From Scyliorhinus canicula (lineage: Eukaryota): DNA of 64,000 bases. The position numbers and the translations under genes were made by a program. Shown here piece by piece: positions 1 to 13,500 of this stretch. The first letter of the stretch is position 1; each line of letters opens with the position of its first letter. The notes under the pieces are model-generated. The model had not been told where the DNA came from, ran no database searches, and saw nothing but the letters and a program-made list of their open reading frames with translations. Where the stretch lies: contig NC_052161.1 of assembly GCF_902713615.1 (NCBI RefSeq), positions 39,011,908-39,075,907 on the forward strand. Direction: 5' to 3'.

Positions 1-1299
1 CTGCTGGAGCACAAGACTATAAACTGAAATGTGCAGATGCATCTTTCGTCATAACAGGATAACAGCATGTCAAATAGTCAGCCGTTAATGCCTCCCTTGG
101 TAGCAACGCCCTTGTTTTAAGAAATGGATAACAATATCTTAGGGTCTCATTCAAATTCAAACTATCAAGATTTACACTGCAGTCAGTAAACCACCCATTA
201 TAACAAATGTTTTTTTTTAAGATAAGCCTTTTTGCTGAGACCCTGAGGGCAGTTAATGTCTGCCTCAGTCTATATTTCTAATGATGATGTTTCACTCTCA
301 TTGGGGTGGCTATCAATGCTAAAAAATAGCAAATGTTTGAAGAAATAATTGTACAACGCATATGTATATATATTAGAATCCAATTACTACAATACTACAG
401 TAGAGCATTTCATATATTTTGCAGAATCATTGTCAATGCAGTGAAGATCTATTCCTCTAATTATTCAAAAAATGCACTTTGTTGGTAGAATTTGTGTTAA
501 TTACGTCTGTGTCCATTGCTATTTTTTCTTAACTCTAGCAAAGGCATTTTGAGGATATTTGTAGCATTCTCATTCCCAACTTGACTCAAATCAGCTAATT
601 CAACATAGATTGGAGATTTAAACCTGAACTTTTCTCTCTGTACTGCTAAGCTACTGCGGGCTCAAGTTTGTACTGTTCATGGAGAATTCTAAAGTGTATT
701 TCGTATTTTAGGTTTCATGCACTTTTCTATCCCTTTGCTTTCATTCACTTGTGTATTTTCTTGCTGTACCTCACACAATCACTCTCATTTTCTGTATTTA
801 TTTCTGTCCTCTCATTCTGTGTGCAGCTGACTGTAGCTCTGTACTTTTCCTCCACTCACAGGGCTGGAATTGACAGAATGCCATGGAGGGGACGCTGCCA
901 TTACTCCAGTGGCTGCCCTGTGCAACGTAACATTGGAAGCAGCATTAAATGCTTTAAAGCAAAAATTCTGATGCTGGTGATGAAGGGGGACCCCAATCCT
1001 CCCTTAGGGGTGGGGAGGGAGGGGGCCCCTTGTTCATAGAAGGGGGGGGAGGGGGGGGGTTGGAGAGGGGGGCTTTCTGGGAGGGTTTCTTTCTGTGCTG
1101 ATCGGGGAGCCCTCTTGAGCTGGCCTCGCCGGCTCTGTCAGACCCCGCGATGTGATGGAGTACACCACGCCCCCTGAATTTTTTTTAGAGAGGCTCAAAA
1201 TCTGGACAAAAAACTCGGCTGTGCAGCTGGAGAGCTACACACTGGGTTTCAGTCAGAGCCTGACACTCTGAAAAAAATACGGGAAAATTCTGCCCACTG

Positions 1300-4140
1300 T
1301 GTGTTTTTCTGACTATCATTCACGGTGTGCTTTTATGATTGTCACTCGTGTGTGTTTATGATTGTCACTCGATGTGTATATTTCTGACTGTCACTCACTG
1401 TATTTCGGACTGTCACTTTCTGTCTCTGACTGTCACTCACTGTGTGTATTTCTGACTGTCACTGACTTTGTGTCTTTGACTGTCACTCACTGTGTGTATT
1501 TCTGACTATCGCTCACTGTGTGAATGTGCAGACTCCTCACGGACAGTGACCAGAGCAGGAATTGAACCTGGGACCTCAGCGCTGTGAGGCAATGCTAACC
1601 ATTGCGCCAGCGTGCTGACCATCACTCACTGTATGTTTCTGAAAACCACTCAGTGTGTTTTTGACTGTAACTCAGTGACTGTCAAACTGAGTGCTATCAC
1701 TCTGTATTTCACTCTCTATTTATATTTCAGATTCTCAGTCTCTATTTATATTTTTTTACACTGTCACACTGAGAGTTGTCACTCTGTATCTCAGACTCTC
1801 ACTCATTGTGTGTTTCTGTGTATTTCACACTGACATTGAGTGCTATTTCTCTGTATTTCAGACTCACACACAGTGTGTTTCTATGTATTTTAGATTGACA
1901 CTGTGTGCTGTTACTCTGTATTTCAGACTCTCATTCACAGTGTGTTTCGGTGTATTTCACACTGACACCGAGTGCTGTTTCTCTATATTTCAGACTCACT
2001 GTGTGTTTCTGTGTATTTTACACTGTCACCCTGAGTGTTTTACTCTGTACTTCAGATTCTCGTTCACTCTGTGTTTCTCGGTATTTCACACTTTATTATA
2101 TTTCAGACTTTCATTCACGTGTGTTCATATGTATTTCGACTGCCACACTAAGTGCTGTCGCTCTGTACTTCACTTTCTATATTTATATCAGACTTTCACT
2201 CAGTATGTGTTTCTGTGTATTTCACTGTATGGGTATTTCAGACACTCATTCTCTGGTCCTGGTGTAATTCACACTGTCACTGGATGCTGTCACACTGTAT
2301 TTAAGACTGTCACTGCTGTCACTCTATGTTTCAAACTGTCACCCAGTGTGTGTTTCTCTGTATTTCACACTGTCACTGAGCGCTGTCACTCTGTATTTCA
2401 CTGTCACCGAGTGCTGCCACTCTGTATTTCACTGTCACTGAGTGCTGTCACTCTGTATCTCACTGTCACTGAGTGCTGTCACTCTGTATCTCACTGTCAC
2501 TGAGTGCTGCCACTCTGTATCTCACTGTCACTGAGTGCTGCCACTCTGTATCTCACTGTCACTCTGTATCTCACTGTCACTGAGTGCTGCCACTCTGTAT
2601 CTCACTGTCACTGAGTGCTGTCACTCTGTATCTCACTGTCACTGGGTGCTGTCACTCTGTATCTCACTGTCACTGGGTGCTGTCACTCTGTATCTCAGGG
2701 TTACTGAGTGCTGTCGCTCTATATCTCATTGTTACTGAGTGCTGTCATTCTGTATCTCACTGTCACTGAGTGCTGTCACTGTATTTCACCGTCACTGAGT
2801 GCTGTCACTCTGTACTCAGGGTTACTGAGCTGTCACTCTGTATTCACTGTCATTGAGTGGTGTCACTCTGTATCTCAGGGTTACTGAGAGCTGTCACTCT
2901 ATATCTCACTGTTAGTGAGTGCTGTTACTCTGTATCTCACTGTTAGTGAGTGCTGTCACTCTGTATCTCACTGTTAGTGAGTGCTGTCACTCTGTATCTC
3001 ACTGTTAGTGAGTGCTGTCACTCTGTATCTCACTGTTAGTGAGTGCTGTCACTCTGTATCTCACTGTTACTGAGTGCTGTCACTCTGTATCTCAGGGTTA
3101 CTGAGAGCTGTCACTCTGTATCTCACTGTTACTGAGTGCTGTTACTCTGTATCTCACTGTCACTGAGTGCTGTCACTCTGTATCTCACTGTTAGTGAGTG
3201 CTGTCACTCTGTATTTCCAACTGTCACTGAGTGCTGTCAGTCTGTATCTCACTGTTACTAAGTGCTGTTACTTTGTATCTCAATGTTAGTGAGTGCTGTC
3301 ACTCTGTATCTCAATGTTAGTGAGTGCTGTCACTCTGTATCTCACTGTTAGTGAGTGCTGTCACTCTATATCTCACTGTTACTGAGTTCTGTCACTCTGT
3401 ATCTCAGGGTTACTGAGAGCTGTCACTCTATATCTCACTGTTACTGAGTACTGTTACTCTGTATCTCAATGTTAGTGAGTGCTGTCACTCTGTATCTCAC
3501 TGTTAGTGAGTGCTGTCACTCTGTATCTCACTGTTAGTGAGTGCTGTCACTCTATATCTCACTGTTACTGAGTGCTGTCACTCTGTATCTCAGGGTTACT
3601 GAGTACTGTCACTCTATCTCACTGTCACTCTGTATCTCACTGTCACTGAGTGCTGTCATTCTGTATTTCACTGTCACCGAGTGCTGCCACTCTGTATTTC
3701 ACTGTCACTGAGTGCTGCCACTCTGTATCTCACTGTTAGTGAGTGCTGTCACTCAGTATTTCCAACTGTCACTGAGTGCTGTCAGTCTGTATCTCACTGT
3801 TACTAAGTGCTGTCACTTTGTATCTCACTGTCACTCTGTGTTGTCACACTATCTCACTGTCAATCAGAGCTGTCACTCTGTATCTCACTGTCATTGAGTG
3901 CTGTCACTCTGTATTTCACTGTCACCGAGTGCTGCCACTCTGTATCTCACTGTCACTGAGTGCTGTCACTCTGTATCTCACTGTCACTGAGTGCTGTCAC
4001 TGTGTATCTCACTGTCACTCTGTGTGTTCACTCTGTATCTCACTGTTACTGAGTGCTGTCACTCTGTATCTCACTGTTACTGAGTGCTGTCACTCTGTAT
4101 CTCACTGTTACTGAGTGCTGTCACTCTGTATCTCAGACTC
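1300..4140. repeat. 31-bp minisatellite (ctgagtgctgtcactctgtatctcactgtca) with a degenerate TCACTG-rich 5' part
   Basis: Period 31 is visible (e.g. 2941 vs 2972). Homogeneous over 2400-4135 and decayed over 1300-2350. Confidence 0.95.
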
Positions 4141-4142
4141 AC

Positions 4143-4393
4143 TGAGCAATCCCCGACCACCGATGACGTCAGTAGGCCGCTCTATGGGGGTCGAAGGTCA
4201 GACGCTGCTCCAAATCGTCACCTTTTTAAACGGCTGCATTGTTCAACCGCGAAGAATGAGGAGTCTGTTCCCAGAATGCAGCCTGAAGAATGATTTTGCC
4301 CGGGGAGGAGCCGCTGACAGACGGCAGGGATTTCCGGTTGTGACAATATCCTGGAGACTGCAGTTCCGCTGACGCTGCGCACCGAAGATGGCG
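4143..4393. promoter_or_regulatory. CpG-rich BCCIP promoter (likely bidirectional with UROS)
   Basis: CRE TGACGTCA at 4164-4171; ETS TTCCGG at 4332; YY1-like AAGATGGCG over the ATG; minus-strand donor ca|gtgagt at 4142. Confidence 0.6.
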
Positions 4394-4501
4394 ACCTCGG
4401 CCAAACGGCGGCTGGAGCCGAGAACAGAGGAGTCGGCGGAAAGTGGGACCGAGGAAGAATCCGGAGAAAGCAGCGAGGAATCGGAGGAAGAAATGCAACA
4501 A
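4388..4501 (+). CDS. BCCIP: BCCIP exon 1 (acidic N-terminus MATSAKRR...EEEMQQ)
   Basis: aagATGg Kozak context; donor caa|gtgagg at 4502, phase 0. Confidence 0.9.
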
Positions 4502-7500
4502 GTGAGGAGATACCGGCCGCTCAACTGCCACCGCCCGCGCGAGGGAGATGGAACCCGAGCGCCAGAGTCCCTGCGCACGCGGCGCCCCTCTGGCGCAGCG
4601 AGGCGGAGCAGGGGAGGGGACCATGGCAGAGTGGTTGGGGGGGGGGGACCATGGCAGAGTTGGGGGGGGATGGGTGGAGGAGAAGCCTTGGCTGTGGTTG
4701 GGGGGGAGGGGGGGGGATGGGTGGAGGAGAAGCCTTGGCTGTGGTTGGGGGGGGTGGGTGGAGGAGAAGCCTTGGCAGTGGTTGGGGGGGAGGAGCCTTG
4801 GCAGTTGTTGGGGGGAGGAGCCTTGGCAGTGGTTGGGGGGAGGAGCCTTGGCAGTGATTGGGGGAGGAGCCTTGGCAGAGTGGTTTGGGGGAGGAGCCTT
4901 GGCAGTGTGGTTTGGGGGGAGGAGCCTTGGCAGAGTGGTTGGGGGGAGGAGCCTTGGCAGAGTGGTTTGGGGGGAGGAGCCTTGGCAGAGTGGGTTGGGG
5001 GGAGGAGCCTTGGCAGAGCGGTTGGGGGGGGGGAGCCTTGGCAGAGCGGTTGGGGGGGAGGAGCCTTGGCAGAGCGGTTGGGGGGGGAAGAGCCTGGGCA
5101 AAGGGGGGCAGGGAGGAGTGTGGGCAGAGTGGTTGGGGGGAGGAGCTTGAACAGTGGTTGGGGGGAGGAGCCTGGACAGTGGTTGGGGGGAGGGCCTGGA
5201 CAGTGGTGGGGGGAGGAGCCTGGGCAGTGGTGGGGGGAGGGGCCTGGACAGTGGTGGGGGGGAGGAGCCTGGGCAGTGGTGGGGGGGAGGAGCCTGGGCA
5301 GTGGTGGGGGGGAAAGAGCCTGGGCAGTGGTTGGGGGGGAAAGAGCCTGGGCAGTGGTTTGGGGGGGGGGGGGGAGAGATGAGCCTGGGGGGGGGGGGGG
5401 GGGGAGAGATGAGCCTGGTCAGTGGTTGGGGGGGGGGAGGAGCCTGGGTAGTGGTTGGGGGGAGCCTTGGCAGTGGTTGGTGGGGGAGGAGCCTGGGCAG
5501 TGGTTGGGGGGGAGGAGCCTGGGCAGTGGTTGGTGGGGGGAGGAGCCTGGTCGAGAGAGAGGGGGTTGGATCCTGGCAGAGGGGGGGGAGGAGTGTGGGC
5601 AGAGTGGTTTGGGGGAGGGGGCAGAGGATTGGGGGAGAGCCTGGGCAGAGTGGGTTGGGGGGGAGCCTGGGCAGAGTGGTTGGGGGAGGGAGCCTGGGGA
5701 GTGGGTTGGGGGGGGAGGAGCCTGGGCAGAGTTGGGGGGGAGGAGCCTGGGCAGTGGTGGGGGGGAAGCCTGGCAGTGTGGTTGGGGGGAGGAGCCTTGG
5801 CAGTGTTGGGGGGAGGAGCCTGGGCAGTGGGTGGGGGGGAGCCTCGGCAGAGGAGTGGGGTGGGGTGTGCCTGGGTAGAGGGAGGGGGGGTGGATGAGCC
5901 TGGGCAGAGGGAGGGGGTGGGATGACCCTGGGCAGAGAGAGGGGTGGTGGTGGGAGGAGCCTGGGCAGAGAGAGGGGGTGGTGGGAGGAGCCTTGGCAGG
6001 GGGGGTTGGTGGAAGGAGCCTGGCGCAGTTAGGATGTCTTACTTCACCGTCCATTCAAACCTGCAACCTCAATTACCTAGAAATAGGGCAACAGAAATGC
6101 CCCCCCGTAAGTTCCCCTCATGCAATTGGAAATGCATCTCATTCCTTCACTGCACTCGGTCAAAATCCTGGAAACCCCCTAACCTATCCACACTTTGGGT
6201 GTACCTATTCTACATTGACTGTGTTTCAAGATGGCATCCCGCCACCACCACCTTCTTGAGCACATCTATGAAGTGCAATAAGAGCCGAGTTTGCCAGTGA
6301 TGCCCAGAAACGGTGCTGTTATTGGCATTTATGTTTATAACTATTTCTATTACAAGTGCAAGTAGATTTTGAAGCACATGCCATATCTGACAATGATCAT
6401 AGTGGAATCAAACGTTTGTTGAAACAGGTAACTTGGAAAATATGATATTATTTTGATGTAGTTTTTGTGTGGCTAAGTTAATGTATATACTCAACAACAG
6501 TTCTAATGGAGCATTCTATTATCTTTTTGCAGTTATTTCTCAAGGCCAATGTAAACATCACTGAACTAGCCAACATCATTATTCAACAAAATCATGTTGG
6601 AAGTGTTATTCGGGTAAGGGAGCTGCTGCCGGATTGGTTACAAAAATAAGTTCTTGAATACTATCACCGCATAACAGAACAGAGAAAAAGAATAATGCCT
6701 GACCAAAATATTCCCCTTTTATGGATCTTCATCTTTTTTTTGATCATTGCAATTGGTTAACTTGAGAGTTAAGTTAAACTAAGGTTCAACTTTCAGATAT
6801 ATTTAAATTTTTAGTCCAAATTAAGCTTTGCAGTTTTTTATGAACTGTCATGATAGTGATCATCCTACTGAGTATTTATCATTGAAGAATTTTTGGGGAC
6901 AACATACTGCCCTTGTTTCTTTCAAAACTAAATTTGTGCAGAGAACATGCATCCATAATTGGAGTTAGTTGTCTATATAACTGAAAATATTTTAAAAATG
7001 TAATTGCATAGTTTATTCGAATCCGCTTTTAAAAACATTGAGAAAATGTACCACGGTCGCATTAACAATGAATAAATTCGCAAAAAATAATCATTGTTCA
7101 TCCGTTGTGTAAAACCATTGGCATCAATTTTCTAGGAGTATAATTGGTTACAGATTGTTCTGTTGAACTGCTGTGTTTCATGTTCTTCAAATGATTTCAT
7201 CAATACATGTGAGATATATTCAAAGATGAAGCAGCTATGAGCAGATTACATTAGTTTAGTATCACTTCTTCAAGGCCGGCATTGAAACTAGTATATGTAA
7301 TCTTGTGCAGACCTGTGATATGACTTAGTTTGCATAGCAGTTGCTACTACTGTTCAAGAGGTGTAAAATTGACTGCCGACAGATATAAAGCATATTCCCT
7401 TCCACTATGCAGTGAAATTAAATCCTGCTATTACTATTCATCGGATTTCATATCACACTATCCCCTTACATCAATTGTAACAAGGATAAAGGCTCTTGCT

Positions 7501-10500
7501 GGCAATTTGAAATGGTAAAGTTCTAATTTCACAGAGGCAGACAAAGGAATAAAATAAAATGTTGGAGGTGTAAAGAAAGTTGATCACCCTGAAGGAGAAA
7601 GATGGATTAATGTTTTAGGCGTGATGCTTTATCAGAACATATTTAACAGCAGTATGGATATAGGTTTCATAGTATCACATAACTGGATCATTTTATATTT
7701 TAAAGCAAGCTGAGATTTTGGATTAGAAAGTAGTGATGAAGACGATGAAGATGTGATATTTGGATTTATCACTGTTTTAAATCTGACGGAAAGAAAGGTA
7801 AGTACACCATTGCCCTTACTGAGTTGACCAGAAAGTTACATTTTGTCTGGGATTGAATTATTAATCTTGCTGTATTTGCATGTAAATCATAGAATCTACA
7901 GTGCCGAAGGAGACCATTCAGCCCATCGAGTCTGCCACCGACACATGGAAAGAGCACCCTTACTTAAGCTCACACTGCCATCCTATCCCCGTAACCCCTC
8001 CTAACTTTGTTTTGGATGCTAAGGGGCAATTTTAGCATGGTCAATCCACCTAACCTGCACTTCTTTGGACTGTGGGAGGAAACCGGAGCACCCAGAGGAA
8101 CCCACGCCAGACACGGGGAGAAAATGCAAACTCCACACCTGGGGCTTGAATTGAACCCAGGTCTCTGGAGCTGTGAGGCAGCAGTGCTAACCACTGTGCC
8201 GCCCCATATGATAGCTTAGTTTTTTACATTAGCCAATTATTACATTTCTTGCTTTGCTGTTCTGAAAATCATCTTAAGGACTTAAGCATTTCATAATTAT
8301 TGAAGGCCGTGACTATGCTCAACTTTTAGGTTCGTGGAATATAGGATTTGTGCCAAGTTGCTGTAATCAGAATTCTTGGTGCTTTGCCTGAAGAAAAGCA
8401 ATGAAATTTATTTTATGAGGTTCTGTGGGAAGGGAATGAAGAGTTGGGGTGATAGAGGAGTGGACCGAGGCCAAGATCTTGACAATAGTTTTCAGCAGGT
8501 TGGAGGCCAAAGTGGGGTCTAGGTAGATGCTAAATACTGGAGGTAGTGAAAGAATCTATTGAGGAGAATTGCCCAAAAGAAGTGAGCACGGAACTGAGGC
8601 GACGGAAGAGAGTTCAACATCCTGCCAAGCCTGAATTCATTGAGCTGAGGATGTAAGGGGAAACTGAGTTCTTTCCTAAATACAGATCTTTCAGAATCAA
8701 AGAGGGGAAGGTCAGAGGGTATAGTGAATACACGCCAAGGGCATGGGACTAGAAGAAGGAATGGGGTCAGAGGGACGGGAAGATGTGGAGGGTCCCAGAT
8801 GGTTATTGGTGTCAGTAAGTTATTGGAGTTTGCATTCATTAACACCTGAAAGGATGAGAAAAAGCTTCTTGTTCAGGTATCGGATAAGGCAAAGAATAAA
8901 TGGTACTGGGACAAGGACATCTTTGAGAGAGTGAGTTGGTGCTACGGAACAGAGAAGTCTAGTTAGTGCATTCATATGGCAGCACATGGTACAAAGTGGA
9001 TATCCGAGTGCTGCGAGAACAGCAATCCAGAATCCTGATGGATTCAACACGTGGGAGGGATGGAACATTAGTTGGAATCCACGTGGGGATAGTTCCGAGA
9101 CGGAGACATTCGCTGAGAAAAGAAATTACATAGATATAGCATCGAATCCCTCCAGTTTAGGAGGCCATTTGACCCATCAAGTCAGCACCAAATCTCCGAA
9201 AAGAGCACCCAACCAGGCCTACTACCCTGCCCGATCCTCGTAACCTCGCCGAACGGTTAGACATTGAGGAGCAATTTAGCATGGCCAATCCACAGCACTT
9301 TCACATCTTTGGACTGTGGGAGGAAACCGGAGCATCTGGTGGAAACACACGGAGACATGTGGAGAATGTGCAAACCCCACACACAGTCACCCAAGATCGG
9401 AATCGAACACAGGACCCTGGCGTTGTGATGCAGCAGTGCTAACCATGTGCCACCGTGGTGCCCCACGTGGTTGTGGAAGCGTGTTTTGGTAAACACTTTG
9501 TCAAACACCAAAAGGGAAGTGGACAGCAATGAAGGTGAGAGGAGAAAGACGGAAATCCTGTCGAGAGAAGAGCAGCACTTTGTAGCATAGGTATTCCTAC
9601 CATTACTTAAGTTTGCGGACGTCACAAAGGTTGGTGGAATTGCGGGGTAGCGATGAGGACTGTCCAAGGACACCGCAGGATTTAGATCGTTTGGAGACTT
9701 GGGCGGCGAGATGGCAGATGGAGTTTAATCCGGACAAATGTGAGGTAATGCATTTTGGAAGGTCTAATACAGGTAGGGAATATACAGTGAATAGTAGAAC
9801 CCTCGAGTATTGACAGTAAGAAAGATTGTGGTGTACAGGTCCAAAGGTCACTGAAAGGGGCAACACAGGTGGAGAAGGTAGTCAAGAAGGCATACTTGCC
9901 ATCATTGGCCGGGGCATTGAGTATAAAAATTGGCAAGTCATGTTGCAGCTGTATGGAACCTTAGGCCACACTTGGAGTATAGTGTTCAGTTCTGGTCGCC
10001 ACGCTACCAGAAGATAGTGGAGGCTTTAGAGAGGGTGCAGAAGAGATTTACCAGGATGTTGCCTGGTATGGAGGGCATAGCTATGAGGAGAGATTAAATA
10101 AACTTGGTTTGTTCTCACTGGAACGAAGAACGTTGAGGGTCGACCTGGTAGAGGTGTACAAGATTATGAGGGGCATAGACAGCGTGGATAGTCAAGAGAC
10201 TTTTTCCCAGGGTAGAGGGGGCAATTAGACAATTACTAGGGGGCATATGTTTAAGGTGCGAGGGGAAATGTTTAGAGGAGAGGTACGAGGTAGGTTTTTT
10301 TTTACACAGAGGTGCCTGGAACTCGCTGCTGGAGGAACCAGGGACGATAGCTGCTCTTCTCTCAACAGGATTTCCGTCTTTCTCTTTTCACCTTCATTGC
10401 CCCTCAACCTCCTTCGTTCCAGTGAGAACAAACCAAGTTTATTCAATCTCTCCTCATAGCTATGCCCTCCATACCAGGTAACATCCTGGTAAATCTCTAA

Positions 10501-13500
10501 AGCCTCCAGGGGCATCGTGACAAATACATGAATCAGCTTCCCCGAACAGGCCCCGGAATGTGGCGACTAGGGGCTTTTCACAGTAACTCATTTGAAGCCT
10601 ACTTGTGACAATAAGCGATTTTCATTTCATTTCAATAGAGGGATACGGACCCCGGAAGTGTTGAAGATTTTAGTTTAGACTGGCAGCATGGTCGGTGTAG
10701 GCTTGGAGGGCCGAAGGGCCTGTTCCTGTGCTGTACTTTTCTTTGTTCAAGAGGAGGCTGTTTTGTGCAGTCCAAGGTACGACAACTAGCCAGTTCAGAA
10801 ATTACATGCAAGAAACTCAACCCATCTAGATTCCTGAGGTCAAGGAATGCACTGCAGAGAAAAATGAGTGGCGGAATAAAAGGATGAGCTTAAGAAAAAT
10901 GATCAAACTAGGAAGCAAAGCGAGAGTTAAGGATAGACTGGAGAAAATGATGTGAAGAGATAAGATGGGTGCACTGAATACTTAATTGATCCTTTAACCA
11001 ATCACAGATGCAATAATTTTCCTTTCAAAAATCACAAAATAACTCTAGTGTTCCTTTGTAGCCGCGCAACTATAATGAAAAACCATCTTTATATATTTTG
11101 GTCTAATTTGAATACAAAATTAGAATGACATGATCTATTGGCCCATTAATTGACACCAAAATACATAACGCTAACAGATGGAGACATTTTTATTACTTAA
11201 TTAGGAGCAGTTCTAAAACCTTTTACATCTGATCAAATTGGCCAAGTTCAGTAAAATTATGGCCCAGCACTAACAATTCTGATATGCACATTCTCCAGAG
11301 CTAATTAAATATTTACTGTCTGCACTCCAGTGGGTAGGTTTTCCTTGTGCTCTATGCCCCAGAAAAGTGTGAAAATAAGAACAGAAATACATAAAGCAAT
11401 GGTTTATTTAATACTATTAATTTCCCTAATACCTTTCAAAATAATGATGCTATTTCAATACTTACAATAAACTTTTCAAGCTCTTGAATACTGGCTGCTT
11501 GTAACCTTTTCAGAAACATGAATGATATGTTTGCAAGCTTATCGGAAATTTCGGCATTATTTCATTACAATCTTTACAGTTTGTGAATTGTTTTACTGTA
11601 CAGCAGTATAAATGACAGTATCGCTCATTGTCTTTCTATGATCTCCAGGGAACTGAGTCTGTTGAACAGATTAAAGAATTGGTTCTGAGCCAATGCACGA
11701 CTCATCACCAGAGTGCAGTTGAGCAGCTGGACAAAATACTGAATGACAACAGCAAGCCAGTGAGCTTTCTCATCAGTGAGCGCTTCATTAATGTGCCACC
11801 ACAGATCTCTCTGCCCTTGCACAAACAACTCCAGTAAGGACCCCATGTTCAGCTATTGTGTTGTCATAAAAATGTTTGTGAGCAATTCAAGGAGGGTGGG
11901 TGATTTGGCAGAAACCTGTTAAATTTCTAATCTAGTGACAAATTAGCACAGTAGAACTATAGTTTCTCTTCATAGAACATACAGTGCGGAAGGAGGCCAT
12001 TCAGCCCATCGAGTCTGCACCGACTCACTTCCACCCTATCCCCGTAACCCAACAATCTCTCCTAATCTTTTTGCTCACAGAGGGCAATTTATCATGGCCA
12101 ATCCACCTAACCTGCACGTCTTTGGACTGTGGGAGGAAATCGGAGAACCCGGAGGAAACCCACGCAGACACTGGGAGAACGTGCAGACTCCGCACAGACA
12201 GTGACCCAAGCCAGGAATCGAACCTGGGACCCTGGCACTGTGAAGCCACAGTGCTATCCACTTGTGCGACCATGCTGCCCAAATTAGATGAGCCCTTCAT
12301 TAACAGAAACAATATATTGATTCATGTTTGGAGTAGACTCAGACAATTGATTTCTGAGAACATACTGTGGTAATTGTACTTGCGGTATATATTTAGATTC
12401 CACAAAAAGTTGTAAGCAGGTAAAATAAGTAAAAGCATGTATACAAGGCATCCTAAATCTATTCTAAACTCCTAGGCTGCTAAATTCAAATGTGGACCAG
12501 CAATTTATTCTGTGTTGATGTACAGCGATAAGATTTCTTTTTAATAATTGTATACTTCAAAGGAGTTGTACAATTTATTTTTGTGTCTTGATACTCCACT
12601 ATTCTCATCTTCCCCAACATCTTTTTCCTGGGATGTTGGATTCGCCGGTGCTATAGTCTGGGGTGAAGGCGGATGTCCTTGTCTTTGCCTCGTTGATAGC
12701 CCAGAGGCGAATTCTGCTTTTGTGGAGGTCTCTTACTCCGCCTAGTGTCTCGGCTTGGTTGGATGATCTCGTGTCTTTGAGAATGTCAACTACACCATCA
12801 GGGGGCCATTCATTTCCTTTTTTAAGGAGTTTGTCACTATCAGATGTGTAGCTTAGTTTTTATGTTAAAGTGGGGTTTAGTTTAGTTTTTGTATTAAAGT
12901 TAATGTGTTTTTTGTTTCTCTATTCTATAGTGTTTTTATGTTTGATTATTTCGGGTGGTTTTGTTTAATATGAACATTTTTTTTAATAAACATATTTTTT
13001 TTAAAACCTTGGTCAGTTATCAGGTATGCTGAACTCACTCCAAGGCCAATATATCCTGCCTACGGTGTGGTGCCCAGAACTGCCCAAAGTACTCCATATG
13101 TGGTCTAATCAGGACTTTGGAGAGTCGAAGAATGACTTCTCCCCACTTGCATTCTGGGCCTCTAGATGCACAGGGCAACATGCCAAACCACTTTTTAAAT
13201 AGTCTTATCATTACATTGTGGTCTGTGCACCGTCTCTTTGGACTTCCAACCCCCAAAAGCTTTTGCCCTGTAGTGGATTAAGACTGATGAGAATTTACTG
13301 TTATGTAGAGTGCTAGACTTGCATTGTTTATTTGCAAGATAAAACTAATGCTCTGCTAAAGGAAATGCCTTCAGTTTGTCGTGCACTTGTTTCGTGAGAT
13401 GTTTCCTATTTTTACTGGATTTTCATGCTATTTTGAATACGTTTAGGGCTGAACTGATGGATGCGCACAAGACCAATAAACCTTGTGGCAAGAGCCATTA

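Noticed and set aside
2400-4135. CRISPR-like regular array
   Set aside because: Head-to-tail units with no unique spacers, in a vertebrate context with no cas genes.
1612-4372. Cys/His/Ser/Leu-rich ORFs
   Set aside because: These are translations of the 31-bp minisatellite.
4388-5878. 496-aa ORF and overlapping Gly/Trp- or Pro-rich ORFs
   Set aside because: BCCIP exon 1 reads through its donor into a stop-poor G-rich repeat, which is open in several frames on both strands.
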